Positions 1 to 9,640 of a DNA stretch of 64,000 bases are shown here, piece after piece (the first letter of the stretch is position 1; the number at the start of each line of letters is the position of its first letter). The notes under the pieces were generated by a model. That model saw nothing but the letters and a program-made list of their open reading frames with translations. It ran no database searches and was not told where the DNA came from. The position numbers were made by a program, and so were the translations under genes. Location: positions 736,001 to 800,000 of the forward strand of contig CAVSNY010000007.1 of the NCBI GenBank assembly GCA_963729605.1, written 5' to 3'. This DNA is from an uncultured Gammaproteobacteria bacterium. Its GTDB lineage: Bacteria > Pseudomonadota > Gammaproteobacteria > DRLM01.

Positions 1-1
1 T

Positions 2-859
2 TTGCTGATGCTGGACACCGGTGAATACGCCGCCGCGCAAGAGTGGGCGGAACGCTGGAATGCGCGGCTCGAGCGGGTGACGAGCGCCGCCCTGGCCGAA
101 CTGGAACCCGCATTGACGCCGCCCGCCGGCCCGGCGCTGTGGTGGCCCGACCTGGCCCAGGTGCGTAATCCGCGTTTATTACAGGCCCTGGTCCGCGCTT
201 TGGCTTTGAATAAACGCGTCACCCTCCACGCCGGCCTGGCCGTGACGGGTCTATTGGACGAGGGCGAGGTGGTGCGCGGCGTGCGTGCCGAGGGGCGGGA
301 GCTGCGGGCCGATGCGGTGGTGGTCGCGGCGGGGGCGTGGAGCGCGGCCTTATTGGGGCCGGTGGCCGGCGGTTGGGACATCGCTCCGGTGCGCGGGCAA
401 ATGCTGTTGTTTAAAGCCCCGCCTGACTTGGTGCGGCGCATCGTACTGGCGGATGGCCATTACCTGGTGCCGCGCCGCGACGGGCGGGTGCTGGCGGGCA
501 GTACGCTGGAATATGTCGGTTTCGATAAATCCACCACCCCGGCGGCATATCGGGATTTGCATGCGGCGGCGCTGCGATTAGTGCCGGGACTGGCGGATTG
601 CCCGGTCGAGCGGCATTGGGCGGGCCTGCGGCCTGGCAGTCCCGCGGGCGTGCCCTCGATCGGCGCCCATCCCGCGCGGCGCGGTTTGTACGTGAACGCC
701 GGCCATTTCCGCAACGGCGTGGTCACCGGTCCCGCCTCGGCGCGTTTATTGGCCGACCTATTGTTGGGGCGGCCGCCGGTGCTGGATCCGGCGCCGTTCC
801 GTCCCGGCAGTGCGGCGGAGGGGCGGGTCAGGGGCATGATTGGAACGATCGATGTTTGA
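2..859 (+). CDS. FAD-dependent oxidoreductase, glycine oxidase ThiO/DAO family (5' truncated by window edge)
   Basis: Motifs VVVAAGAWS, PVRGQM, YLVPRRDGRVLAGST, HWAGLRP, GHFRNG typical of ThiO/DadA-like oxidases; N-terminal GxGxxG lies outside the window. Confidence 0.85.
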   Translation: MLMLDTGEYAAAQEWAERWNARLERVTSAALAELEPALTPPAGPALWWPDLAQVRNPRLLQALVRALALNKRVTLHAGLAVTGLLDEGEVVRGVRAEGRELRADAVVVAAGAWSAALLGPVAGGWDIAPVRGQMLLFKAPPDLVRRIVLADGHYLVPRRDGRVLAGSTLEYVGFDKSTTPAAYRDLHAAALRLVPGLADCPVERHWAGLRPGSPAGVPSIGAHPARRGLYVNAGHFRNGVVTGPASARLLADLLLGRPPVLDPAPFRPGSAAEGRVRGMIGTIDV

Positions 860-911
860 AGGATCGACGCCGGCGCGGTAATCTATTCGCCGACTCACGT
901 GGTAGGGCATT

Positions 912-1346
912 ATGCAAAATTTTCCGTTAGATCTAGATCAAGTGCGAGTCCTGATGCGCCAGCATCACATCTCGCCGACTCAGCAGCGGGTCGAGATCGC
1001 CCGCGTGTTGTTCGCCCGTCCCCAGCATCTCTCCGCCGAGCAGGTGCTCAGCCTGGTGAATGACGGGCAGGCGCTGGTATCCAAGGCCACGGTCTACAAC
1101 ACCCTGGGCCTGTTTGCCCGCAAAGGGTTGATCCGGGAAGTGATTGTCGACCCCACCAAAGTGTTCTATGACCCCACTATCGTGCCCCACCATCATTTTT
1201 ATAACGTGGATAACGGCACCCTCATGGACATTCCCGCCGATGCCGTGGCCCTGGGTGAGTTGCCCCAACTTCCCGCCAACACCGTGGCCGAAGGCGTGGA
1301 TGTCATCATCCGCGTGCGCGAAACCGCAAGCGCCGAGAAGAGATAA
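912..1346 (+). CDS. Fur-family transcriptional regulator, Irr-like
   Basis: TQQRVEI, HLSAEQV, VSKATVYNTL helix-turn-helix and HHHF motif; no CxxC zinc-site cysteines. Confidence 0.88.
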   Translation: MQNFPLDLDQVRVLMRQHHISPTQQRVEIARVLFARPQHLSAEQVLSLVNDGQALVSKATVYNTLGLFARKGLIREVIVDPTKVFYDPTIVPHHHFYNVDNGTLMDIPADAVALGELPQLPANTVAEGVDVIIRVRETASAEKR

Positions 1347-1457
1347 ATTTAAAGTCGCGGTCCCGCAGGTTGTGTAAGTCTTTGTGTTTTATTTATACTG
1401 CCCCGCCTGCTCCGGGTCGGGACCGGCGTGTTTTTATGTAGAGTCCTTGGGAAATCA

Positions 1458-1533
<76 letters not shown>

Positions 1534-1866
1534 TCATCAAATCATAAAAAACCATAGTGCATCCTCTCCTTGAGACGCGGACTCAACAATAAGAGTGAGT
1601 CCCTCTGGTGAGTCGCGGGACGTTCAGCTTCCTCTTTTTTGCCCTTCTCTTCCAACAAAGAGCTAGCCCCTCTACTGAGTTGCGGGGTAATTCTCTTGCC
1701 GTACGCCCTCCTGCGCCGATCAGTCCGCTTGTTCGAGTTTTTTTCGGGGAAATTGCCAGAAAAATAATTACAAAAATTTCCAATTATTGTATTAAGTTCA
1801 TGCCGCCCGCCAGTGCCAAATTCAATAAAAACCTTTTTTATCAACGACATAAAATTTTTAAATCAC

Positions 1867-1882
1867 TGGCCGTGATCTTGCA
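1867..1882 (+). promoter_or_regulatory. Candidate sigma-54 promoter for the DUF4398-OmpA operon
   Basis: TGGCCGTGATCTTGCA has GG-N10-GC spacing with TTGCA at -12; preceded by an AT-rich tract (~1740-1860). Confidence 0.4.
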
Positions 1883-1999
1883 AAAGCAAGCGTGAGATAT
1901 GAAAACGCGTAGCGTATTGAATTGATATTCAAATCCATCGCTGTGCGTTCATCTTTCCAAGCCTCGGTTCACGGGCATCAACCCATGGAAGAAATACGT

Positions 2000-2416
2000 A
2001 TGAATACACTCGCAAGTTTTAATTCACATCGACCCAAAAAAGGGGTGTTGGCTACAGTCATGGCCGGCATCGTGCTCTTCATGGCGGGTTGCGCGAGTAT
2101 CCCTCCGCCGACGGATCAGCTGGCGGTGACCAAGGCGGCGGTCGCGGATGCGTCGGCCAGCGGTGCGAATGAATTCGCGCCCGTGGAACTTAAATCGGCG
2201 ATGGACAAGCTGAGCGAAGCTGAGCGCGCCATGGCCGAGAAGAAATATGCGCAAGCCAAACGTCTGGCGGAAGAAGCTCGGTTGGCCGCCAAGCTGGCGG
2301 AGACTAAAACCCATACCGCCAAGGCTCAACGGGCGGTTGAAAACGCCCAGGAATCCAATCGCATTCTCCGCGAGGAGTTGCAGCGCGCCGCCCCGGCAGC
2401 GCAGTCGGCGCCGTAA
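2000..2416 (+). CDS. DUF4398-family lipoprotein
   Basis: Lipobox MAGC; GANEFAPVELKSAMDKL helical motif; directly upstream of an OmpA-domain partner. Confidence 0.8.
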   Translation: MNTLASFNSHRPKKGVLATVMAGIVLFMAGCASIPPPTDQLAVTKAAVADASASGANEFAPVELKSAMDKLSEAERAMAEKKYAQAKRLAEEARLAAKLAETKTHTAKAQRAVENAQESNRILREELQRAAPAAQSAP

Positions 2417-2455
2417 GCGTTGTCATCGTCAGAAATGAACTTGAAGGGATATGCC

Positions 2456-3445
2456 ATGAAAAATGTTCACACCTCATTGGCGCTGGTTTGCGCCGCCGTT
2501 ATGCTGGTGGCTTGCGGGACGGCGCCGAAACATCCGGTATTAGAAGAGGCCCGCAGCGGTTACAACACGGCGCAAAGCGACCCTACTGTCACCAAGCTCG
2601 CCGCACTTGAATTACAAGAGGCGGGTAAGGCCGTGGAAAATGCCGAGCGGGCCCACGCCAAAGGCGAAGACAAAGAAGTGGTCGATCACCTGGCGCTGGT
2701 CGCCAAACAACGGGTCTTGATCGCGCAGGAAATCGCCAAGCAAAAAACCACGGAGGCGGAGGTGGCGAACGCAAATCTCGAGCGCGAAAAAGTGCGTCTC
2801 GAAATGCGCACCGCCGAGGCCGAAGCCGCCAAACAGAAGGCCGCCGCCGCCGAAGCGGCCACGCAACGGTTGAACGAACAACTGGCCGCCGCCAAAGATG
2901 AACGGGAGCGGGAGCGGGAACGGCTGAGGCTGGAGGCGCAGGCGGCCGAGGCGAAACAGCAGGCTGAACTCGCGCAGCAAAGCAGTTCGCAAAAGGAAGC
3001 GGAGCTGGAAGCGATCAATGCCAAACTTAAACAGATGGAGACGGAGCTCAACGAGCTGAATGCCAAAAAGACCGAACGCGGCATGGTGATCACCCTCGGC
3101 GATGTGCTGTTCGACACCAATAAATCTCAGCTCAAGGCGGGCGGTATTCGCAATCTGGAAAAATTGGCGGCCTTTTTCAATGAATATCCGGAGCGCAAGG
3201 CGCTCATCGAGGGCTTTACCGATAGCACCGGCGATGAGAATTACAATCAGCAGTTGTCCGAACGGCGCGCCAACGCCGTACGTACCGCCCTCGTCGAGAT
3301 GGGGATCGGCGCCGAGCGCTTATCCACCCGCGGTTACGGCGAGAATTTTCCCGTCGCGGGTAATGACACGGCCGCTGGTCGGCAAATGAACCGGCGCGTG
3401 GAAATCGTCCTTTCCGACGATCAAGGCAATGTAAAGTCGCGTTGA
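2456..3445 (+). CDS. OmpA-family lipoprotein with DUF4398 and coiled-coil region
   Basis: Lipobox LVAC; TERGMVITLGDVLFD, IEGFTDSTG, NQQLSERRA, NRRVEI OmpA C-terminal motifs. Confidence 0.9.
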   Translation: MKNVHTSLALVCAAVMLVACGTAPKHPVLEEARSGYNTAQSDPTVTKLAALELQEAGKAVENAERAHAKGEDKEVVDHLALVAKQRVLIAQEIAKQKTTEAEVANANLEREKVRLEMRTAEAEAAKQKAAAAEAATQRLNEQLAAAKDERERERERLRLEAQAAEAKQQAELAQQSSSQKEAELEAINAKLKQMETELNELNAKKTERGMVITLGDVLFDTNKSQLKAGGIRNLEKLAAFFNEYPERKALIEGFTDSTGDENYNQQLSERRANAVRTALVEMGIGAERLSTRGYGENFPVAGNDTAAGRQMNRRVEIVLSDDQGNVKSR

Positions 3446-3609
3446 TAAATTGATAAATTGATAAATTGATAAATTGATAAATTGATGAATTGATGAATTG
3501 ATGAATTGATGAATTGATGAATTGATGAATTGATGAGTTGATGAGTTGATGAGTTGATGAGTTGATGAGTTGATGAGTTGATGAGTTGATGAGTTGATGA
3601 GTTGATGAG
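3442..3609. repeat. Tandem octamer array, 21 units: (TTGATAAA)5(TTGATGAA)6(TTGATGAG)10
   Basis: Counted directly; first unit contains the TGA stop of the OmpA gene. Confidence 0.97.
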
Positions 3610-3663
3610 AAATTACGGCCTGTCTCACCATCAGAAAAGATATTCAAGCAATGGATCGGTATT

Positions 3664-3699
3664 CCCTCTCCCGCAAGCGGGAGAGGGTAAGGGTGAGGG
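3664..3699. repeat. REP-like palindrome CCCTCTCCCGCAAGCGGGAGAGGG with TAAGGGTGAGGG tail
   Basis: Perfect GC hairpin; a related degenerate copy lies at ~10866-10900. Confidence 0.7.
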
Positions 3700-3992
3700 C
3701 GTCACACAATGACCGCATCACTCCGGGCTTACCTTATTTTTCTCTCCCTCACTGGCGGTTGTGGTCCCTTGCTGCGCTTTCCCGCCCGCGGAGAGGGATG
3801 TGTCCCGGGATTCTTTCAGCGTCGGGTGGACCGCAGGTTTGGGCTACCCGGCTGTTCACGCTTCCGCAAATCGCAACAGGCCTTTCAAGCCGCCGTTAAC
3901 GGTCCGTGGAAAATAAATCATCGTCATGGGTGGCCGCACACCCCCCTGCCATTCTCAAGTCGATTTTGAGATAGGTTCTAGTTATCCCCTGA

Positions 3993-6900
3993 TCAAGGAG
4001 CTTCGCCGGCTTGCGCGACCTCGCTTTGGGCGAAGGCGCGGAGCTCACGCACGGCGACACTGAGCATGGCCAGATCGCTTTTTCCGCCGGCGCGGATGTC
4101 GGCGAACAAAGCGCGGCAATGCTCGATGCCCACCTTGTTGCGTTCCATCCAGGCGGCGACGCGTTGCTCGCTGCTTTTAATGGTTCGCGTGGTGGTCAAG
4201 GCGTCCTTGGTGAGGACGCGCAGCGCGTTATATAACTCATCCATCAAGCCGATGCGGGCACGCCGTTGCCAGATATCGCGGCGGGGCAGGGCATGCACAC
4301 TCTCCTTCAACCAATGCAATTCCAAGGCGGAATTGAGCGTGAAATACAGCTCGGCGGCGCGCGCGATCTCGCTGCCGGTCTCCATCGCCACTTCGGTCAA
4401 ATCCAGCGCGGCGTACAAGGCGTCGAGCCCGGCGACGCGCAAGGCCAGTTCCTTGGGCACCCCCAGCGCTTGCCAGTGGCGCACCTGCTTTTGCAGCGCA
4501 TGACGTTCCGCTTCTTTCGCCAAGCGAGTGAGCCGCGCGGCAAGCGTGGTGACTTGCGGCGCGTAACGCTCGATGGTGGCGGCGATGTCCAGCGGCGTGC
4601 GGCGATGGCGCAACAGCCAGAGGGTGGCGCGATCCAGCAGACGGCGGCTCTCGCTGAACAGTTCGATCTGGGTGCCGGCACTCACTTGATTATCCAAAGA
4701 CTCGACGGCCTGCCACACGGCGCGGATGTCGAAAATTTCCCGCGCGGCGGTATAGGCGCGCGCGATGTCCGCCGGATGGCGGCCGCTGGCGTCCTGCATG
4801 CGCAGCCAAAAAGTGCTGCCCATGCGATTGATCATGCCATTGGTGATCTGAGTGGCGATGATCTCGCGTTTGAGCGGGTGGTTTTCCATTTGCGCGGCGT
4901 AACGCGCACGCAGCGGCGCCGGAAAATAACTGGCCAATTCGTGGGAGAGGAAGGGGTCTTCGGCGATGTCGGCGGTGAGCAGCATTTCCGATAGCCGAAT
5001 CTTGCTGTAAGCGAGCAAGGTGGCGAGCTCGGGACGGGTGAGCCCCTCTTGGGCGTTTTCGCGTTCCGCGAGCTGTTCATCGCCGGGTAGGAATTCCAGC
5101 TTGCGTTTCAGCCGGCCTTCTTTTTCCAGGAGGCGGATCAAGCGCGCATGGTCGCCGAGCAGCAGCGGCGCGTGTTGCGCGGCGACGCTGAGCGCCTCGG
5201 ATTGCAGATAGTTGTCGCTGAGCACCAGGTCCGCCACTTCTTCGGTCATGTCGGCCAGCAGGCGGTTGCGCTGCTTGAGCGTCAGGTCGCCGTTGGCCAC
5301 CACTTGGTCGAGCAGAATTTTGATGTTCACTTCGTGATCGGAACAGCTCACGCCGCCGGAGTTGTCGATGGCGTCGGTGTTGATCAGCCCGCCGCGGCGG
5401 GCGAATTCTACTCGCGCCAATTGGGTGAAGCCGAGGTTGCCGCCTTCGCCCACCACTTTGCAGCGCAGTTCCGCGGCGTCGATGCGCAAGGCGTCGTTGG
5501 CGCGGTCGCCGACATCGGCGTGGGTCTCGCCGCTGGCTTTGATGAAAGTGCCGATGCCGCCGTTCCACAATAAATCCACCGGCGCGCGGAGTATGGCCTG
5601 GATGAGTTCGTTGGGCGCGAGCTGCGCGGCCTCGATGCCGAGCGCGCGACGCGCCGCCTCGCTTAACTGAATGAGCTTGGCGCGCCGCGAATAGACGCCG
5701 CCGCCGGCCGAGATCAGCGCCGGATTGTAATCCGACCAATTGGAGCGCGGCAGTTTGAACAAGCGCCGCCGTTCTTCCAGGCTCGCCGCGGCGTCGGGAT
5801 CGGGATCGATGAAGATGTGGAGATGATTGAAGGCGGCGATCAGGCGGATGTGCGGCGACAGCAGCATGCCGTTGCCGAACACGTCGCCGGCCATGTCGCC
5901 GATGCCCGCCACCGTAAAATCCTGGCGTTGAATGTCGCGGCGCAGTGCGCGGAAGTGCCGCTTCACGCACTCCCAGGCGCCGCGCGCGGTGATGGCCATT
6001 TTTTTGTGGTCGTAACCGCTGGAGCCGCCGGAGGCGAAGGCGTCGCCCAGCCAAAAGCCGTAATCGGCGGAAATGGCGTTGGCGATGTCGGAGAAGGTGG
6101 CCGTGCCTTTGTCGGCGGCGACCACCATATAGGGATCGTCGCCGTCGTAACGCACCACCTGCGGCGGCGGGATGAGCGCGCCCTTGACCAAATTATCGGT
6201 GAGGTCCAGCAGGCCGGAGATGAAGCTGCGGTAACAGTAGATCACTTCATCTTGGATGGCGTCACGGTCGTCGCCCGTGGGCAGCCGCTTGGGAAAGAAA
6301 CCGCCTTTGGCGCCCACCGGGACGATCACGGTGTTCTTCACCATCTGCGCCTTCATCAGACCGAGCACCTCGGTGCGGAAATCCTCGCGGCGGTCCGACC
6401 AGCGGATGCCGCCGCGCGCCACCGGTCCGCCGCGCAGGTGCACGCCTTCCACGCGCGGCGAGTAGACGAAGATCTCGAACATCGGCCGCGGCAAGGGCAG
6501 ATTGGGAATCTGCGCCGGATCGAATTTGAAGGACAGATAGGATTTGTGCTGACCGTTGGCGGCGGTCTGGTAGTAGTTGGTGCGCAGCATGGCCTGGATG
6601 AGGGCGAGGAACTGGCGCAGGATGCGGTCCTCGTCGAGATTGGCGACCGCGGACAGATGTTTTTCGAGCGCGGCGCCGATGTCGGCACCGCGCGCGATGG
6701 CGTTTTCCCGGCCGCGCGGATCGAAGCGGGTCTCGAACAATTCCACCAGCAAGGCGGCCACCCGCGGATTGTTGGCCAGGCTGTGTTCCATATAGGCCTG
6801 GCTGAAGGGCGTGCGGGTCTGCAGCAGATATTTGCAGAGGGCGCGCAACACCACCACGCCGCGCCAGGGCAGGCGCGCGGCGAGCACCAGTTGATTGAAG

Positions 6901-8858
6901 CCGTCGCTCTCCATGGCGCCGCCGCAAATTTGCGCGAAGGCGTCTTGGAAGAGGTCTTTTACTTCCATGACGTCCACGCTGTGTTGCGCGCCCACGGTCA
7001 TATCGAAATCCAATATCCAATACGGGCCGCCGGAACGGGGGGTGATTTCGTAAGGCCGCGCGCTCAATACCCGCAAGCCCATGCGCTCGAGCATGGGCAG
7101 GACGTCGGAGAGCGCCATGGGCCGCTGGTGGCCGAAGACCTTGAAACGCAGCAGCTCGCCGCCTTCCTCGAGCGGGCGGTACAAATGGGTGGCGAGCGGC
7201 TGATCGGCGCCGATGCCTTCCAGCCGTTGAATGTCGAGCACCGCGCTGCGCGGGGAAAAATCGTCGCGATAGGCGGGCGGAAAGGCGTCGCGGTAACGTT
7301 GATGGAGCCGGGTGCCGGCCTCTTCGCCGACGTGTTCGTGGAGGACGCCGCACAAGACGTCCTGCCAGGACAACATGGCCTCCACCATGCGCGCCTGCAG
7401 TTGGGCGACGTCGTAGTCGGGGACATGCTCGGGGCGGGTGCGGATGATGAAATGCACCCGCGCCAGCGGTGATTCGGAGATCTGGATGTTGAATTCCGCG
7501 CTTTGTCCGTCGAGGGCGCTCAGCAAAATATCCTGGATGCGGCGGCGCAAATCGGTGTGATAACGGTCACGCGGCACATAGACCAGCGCGGTGATGAAGC
7601 GGCCGAACAAATCCTTGCGCATGAAGAGTCCGAGGCGATGGCGTTCCTGCACTTGGAAGATGCCGGTGGCCACCTCGTACAATTCCTGTTCGGTGAACTG
7701 AAACATCTCGTCGCGCGGAAAGGTGTCGAGGATGTGGACCAGCGCCTTGCGGCCGTGGCTGGCGGGCGGGTAGCCGGCGCGGTCGACGACGTAGCGGACC
7801 TTTTTGCGGAGGATGGGGATGTCGCTGGGCCGCGCGCTGTAGGCCAGCGAGCTGTACAGGCCGAGGCAGCGCCATTCGCCGATCACCTCGCCCGCGTCGT
7901 CGTAGCGTTTTATGCCGAGATAATCGAGGTGCACCGGCCGGTGCACCGTGGAGACGCTGGTGGACTTGGTGATGATCAGCAGGGTGGGCAGGCGGGCCAG
8001 GGCCCGCAACGGCGGCGGGATCTGCGCGAAGCTCTGCGATTCGCGCGCCGGATCGTCGCTGCTGTCGCGCAATACCCCCAGGCCCGAGCCGGGGACCTGG
8101 CGCAGCACATCCTGACCTTGTTCGTTCACCAAGTCATAGGCCCGGAAGCCGATGAAGGTGAAGTGATGGTTGTTCACCCAGCGCAGGAAATGCAGCACTT
8201 CCTGCTGGTCTTCGGGGTCCACCGGCAGACTGCGCGGCTCGAGAGAGGTGATGATGGCGGCGATGCGTTCGCGCATGGCGGCCCAATCGTCGACCACCGC
8301 GCGCACGTCGCTCAAAACCCGCCGCAGTCCGTCGCGCAGCTGCTGCAATTCGGCGGCGCCGGTTTGACGGGTGATCTCGAAACGCATCACCGCCTCCGGC
8401 GCGCCGTCCGTCCCGCCGCCAAGGCGGGGCAATACGGCGCGGAGCAGCCCCGCCTCGTTACGGATCATGCGCAGCACCGGGTGCAGCGAAAAGTGCAGGG
8501 TGTAGCCCTGGCGCAGCAATTCCATGCTGAGCGAATCCACCAGAAACGGCCGGTCGTCGCACACCACCTCGACCACGGTATGGGTGGATTGCCAGCCGTG
8601 TTCTTCGTAACGGGGGTTGTAGACGTGCACCAGGTCTTCGTCGGCGCGGCGCTGGCGCGCCAGCTTCCAATGGCAAAGCGCGGCGCCGTAGAGGTCTTCC
8701 ACCGGGCGTTCCAGCAGGTCGTCGCTGTTGCCGGCCTCGTAATAAGGGCGCGCGAAATCGGCCGCCTGTTCAGCCTCCGGTGCGCCGAGCCGTTCTTGAA
8801 TGAGCGCGGCGATGCGCTCGAGCAGGGCGGTTTTATCCTGACTGGGGTTAAGGCTCAT
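3993..8858 (-). CDS. gdhB: NAD-specific glutamate dehydrogenase, large form (~1620 aa)
   Basis: RGGIRWSDRREDFRTE, KAQMVKN, VVAADKGTATFSDIAN, GIGDMAGDVFGNG, DLLWNGGIGT; ATG at 8858 with GAAGGA RBS. Confidence 0.96.
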   Translation of the reverse strand: MSLNPSQDKTALLERIAALIQERLGAPEAEQAADFARPYYEAGNSDDLLERPVEDLYGAALCHWKLARQRRADEDLVHVYNPRYEEHGWQSTHTVVEVVCDDRPFLVDSLSMELLRQGYTLHFSLHPVLRMIRNEAGLLRAVLPRLGGGTDGAPEAVMRFEITRQTGAAELQQLRDGLRRVLSDVRAVVDDWAAMRERIAAIITSLEPRSLPVDPEDQQEVLHFLRWVNNHHFTFIGFRAYDLVNEQGQDVLRQVPGSGLGVLRDSSDDPARESQSFAQIPPPLRALARLPTLLIITKSTSVSTVHRPVHLDYLGIKRYDDAGEVIGEWRCLGLYSSLAYSARPSDIPILRKKVRYVVDRAGYPPASHGRKALVHILDTFPRDEMFQFTEQELYEVATGIFQVQERHRLGLFMRKDLFGRFITALVYVPRDRYHTDLRRRIQDILLSALDGQSAEFNIQISESPLARVHFIIRTRPEHVPDYDVAQLQARMVEAMLSWQDVLCGVLHEHVGEEAGTRLHQRYRDAFPPAYRDDFSPRSAVLDIQRLEGIGADQPLATHLYRPLEEGGELLRFKVFGHQRPMALSDVLPMLERMGLRVLSARPYEITPRSGGPYWILDFDMTVGAQHSVDVMEVKDLFQDAFAQICGGAMESDGFNQLVLAARLPWRGVVVLRALCKYLLQTRTPFSQAYMEHSLANNPRVAALLVELFETRFDPRGRENAIARGADIGAALEKHLSAVANLDEDRILRQFLALIQAMLRTNYYQTAANGQHKSYLSFKFDPAQIPNLPLPRPMFEIFVYSPRVEGVHLRGGPVARGGIRWSDRREDFRTEVLGLMKAQMVKNTVIVPVGAKGGFFPKRLPTGDDRDAIQDEVIYCYRSFISGLLDLTDNLVKGALIPPPQVVRYDGDDPYMVVAADKGTATFSDIANAISADYGFWLGDAFASGGSSGYDHKKMAITARGAWECVKRHFRALRRDIQRQDFTVAGIGDMAGDVFGNGMLLSPHIRLIAAFNHLHIFIDPDPDAAASLEERRRLFKLPRSNWSDYNPALISAGGGVYSRRAKLIQLSEAARRALGIEAAQLAPNELIQAILRAPVDLLWNGGIGTFIKASGETHADVGDRANDALRIDAAELRCKVVGEGGNLGFTQLARVEFARRGGLINTDAIDNSGGVSCSDHEVNIKILLDQVVANGDLTLKQRNRLLADMTEEVADLVLSDNYLQSEALSVAAQHAPLLLGDHARLIRLLEKEGRLKRKLEFLPGDEQLAERENAQEGLTRPELATLLAYSKIRLSEMLLTADIAEDPFLSHELASYFPAPLRARYAAQMENHPLKREIIATQITNGMINRMGSTFWLRMQDASGRHPADIARAYTAAREIFDIRAVWQAVESLDNQVSAGTQIELFSESRRLLDRATLWLLRHRRTPLDIAATIERYAPQVTTLAARLTRLAKEAERHALQKQVRHWQALGVPKELALRVAGLDALYAALDLTEVAMETGSEIARAAELYFTLNSALELHWLKESVHALPRRDIWQRRARIGLMDELYNALRVLTKDALTTTRTIKSSEQRVAAWMERNKVGIEHCRALFADIRAGGKSDLAMLSVAVRELRAFAQSEVAQAGEAP

Positions 8859-9145
8859 GCGAGTTCCTTCCACACATCGGCCAAGTGTGCCTTGAACCGC
8901 GCGAATAGCCAATGAGCGCGGTCTTGCGGCGTGATGCGCCGGCCAAGATTTTCACTGTTATTTTTCGCGTGCGCCATTGCCGACGTTATCGTCATGCCGC
9001 CGCGAAAAATCAAGCGGAGCCGCCCGCCGTCGACGGCGCGGCTCGCTATTGGGGGGCGCTTTCTGAGAAAATGAGCGCCCCGGCCGCCGGCCTATGCGCG
9101 GCCGGGGCGGAATTTTTATAAACCACCGACTCAAAGGAAGCCGAT

Positions 9146-9640
9146 ATGACGCCATTAGTGGGTCTCATCATGGGTTCAAAGTCCGATTGGGACACGCTGC
9201 AACACGCCGCGGCCACCCTCGACCAACTGGGCGTGCCCTTCGAGGCGCGAGTGGTGTCGGCGCACCGCACCCCCGATCTGTTGTTCGACTACGCCGCCGG
9301 CGCGGAGGCGCGCGGCCTGGAGCTGATCATCGCCGGTGCCGGCGGCGCGGCCCATCTGCCCGGCATGGTGGCGGCCAAGACCGTGCTGCCGGTGTTGGGT
9401 GTGCCGGTGCAGTCGCAGGCCCTCAACGGCATGGACTCCCTGTTGTCCATCGTGCAGATGCCGGCGGGGGTGCCGGTGGGTACCTTGGCCATAGGCAAGG
9501 CCGGTGCGATCAACGCCGCCTTGCTGGCGGCGGGCATCCTCGGGGCCAAACATCCGAATTTTCGCGAGGCGCTGCGCCGATTCCGGCAGGACCAGACCGC
9601 CGCGGTGCTGGCCAAGCGCGATCCGCGGGAGCAGCCTTGA
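9146..9640 (+). CDS. purE: N5-CAIR mutase
   Basis: [38 protein letters not shown]. Confidence 0.98.
   Translation: MTPLVGLIMGSKSDWDTLQHAAATLDQLGVPFEARVVSAHRTPDLLFDYAAGAEARGLELIIAGAGGAAHLPGMVAAKTVLPVLGVPVQSQALNGMDSLLSIVQMPAGVPVGTLAIGKAGAINAALLAAGILGAKHPNFREALRRFRQDQTAAVLAKRDPREQP

Noticed and set aside
1542-1895. ORFs and a GGACTCA...TGAGTCC hairpin downstream of tRNA-Thr as a gene or sRNA
   Set aside because: No recognisable protein or RNA family features; more simply an AT-rich regulatory region
3442-3609. CRISPR array
   Set aside because: Contiguous 8-mers with no unique spacers and no cas genes in the window
3216-3647. Minus-strand ORFs with INSSTHQL/INSSIHQF repeats
   Set aside because: By-products of the octamer array, which has no stops on the minus strand; they overlap ompA antisense and lack an RBS
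4266-8915. Long plus-strand ORFs antisense to gdhB (e.g. 5817-7472, 7503-8915)
   Set aside because: Shadow ORFs expected from GC-rich codon bias; no recognisable motifs
9094-9639. 545-aa ORF suggesting an N-terminally extended PurK
   Set aside because: The extension overlaps purE in another frame; the real start is the TGATG-coupled ATG at 9640
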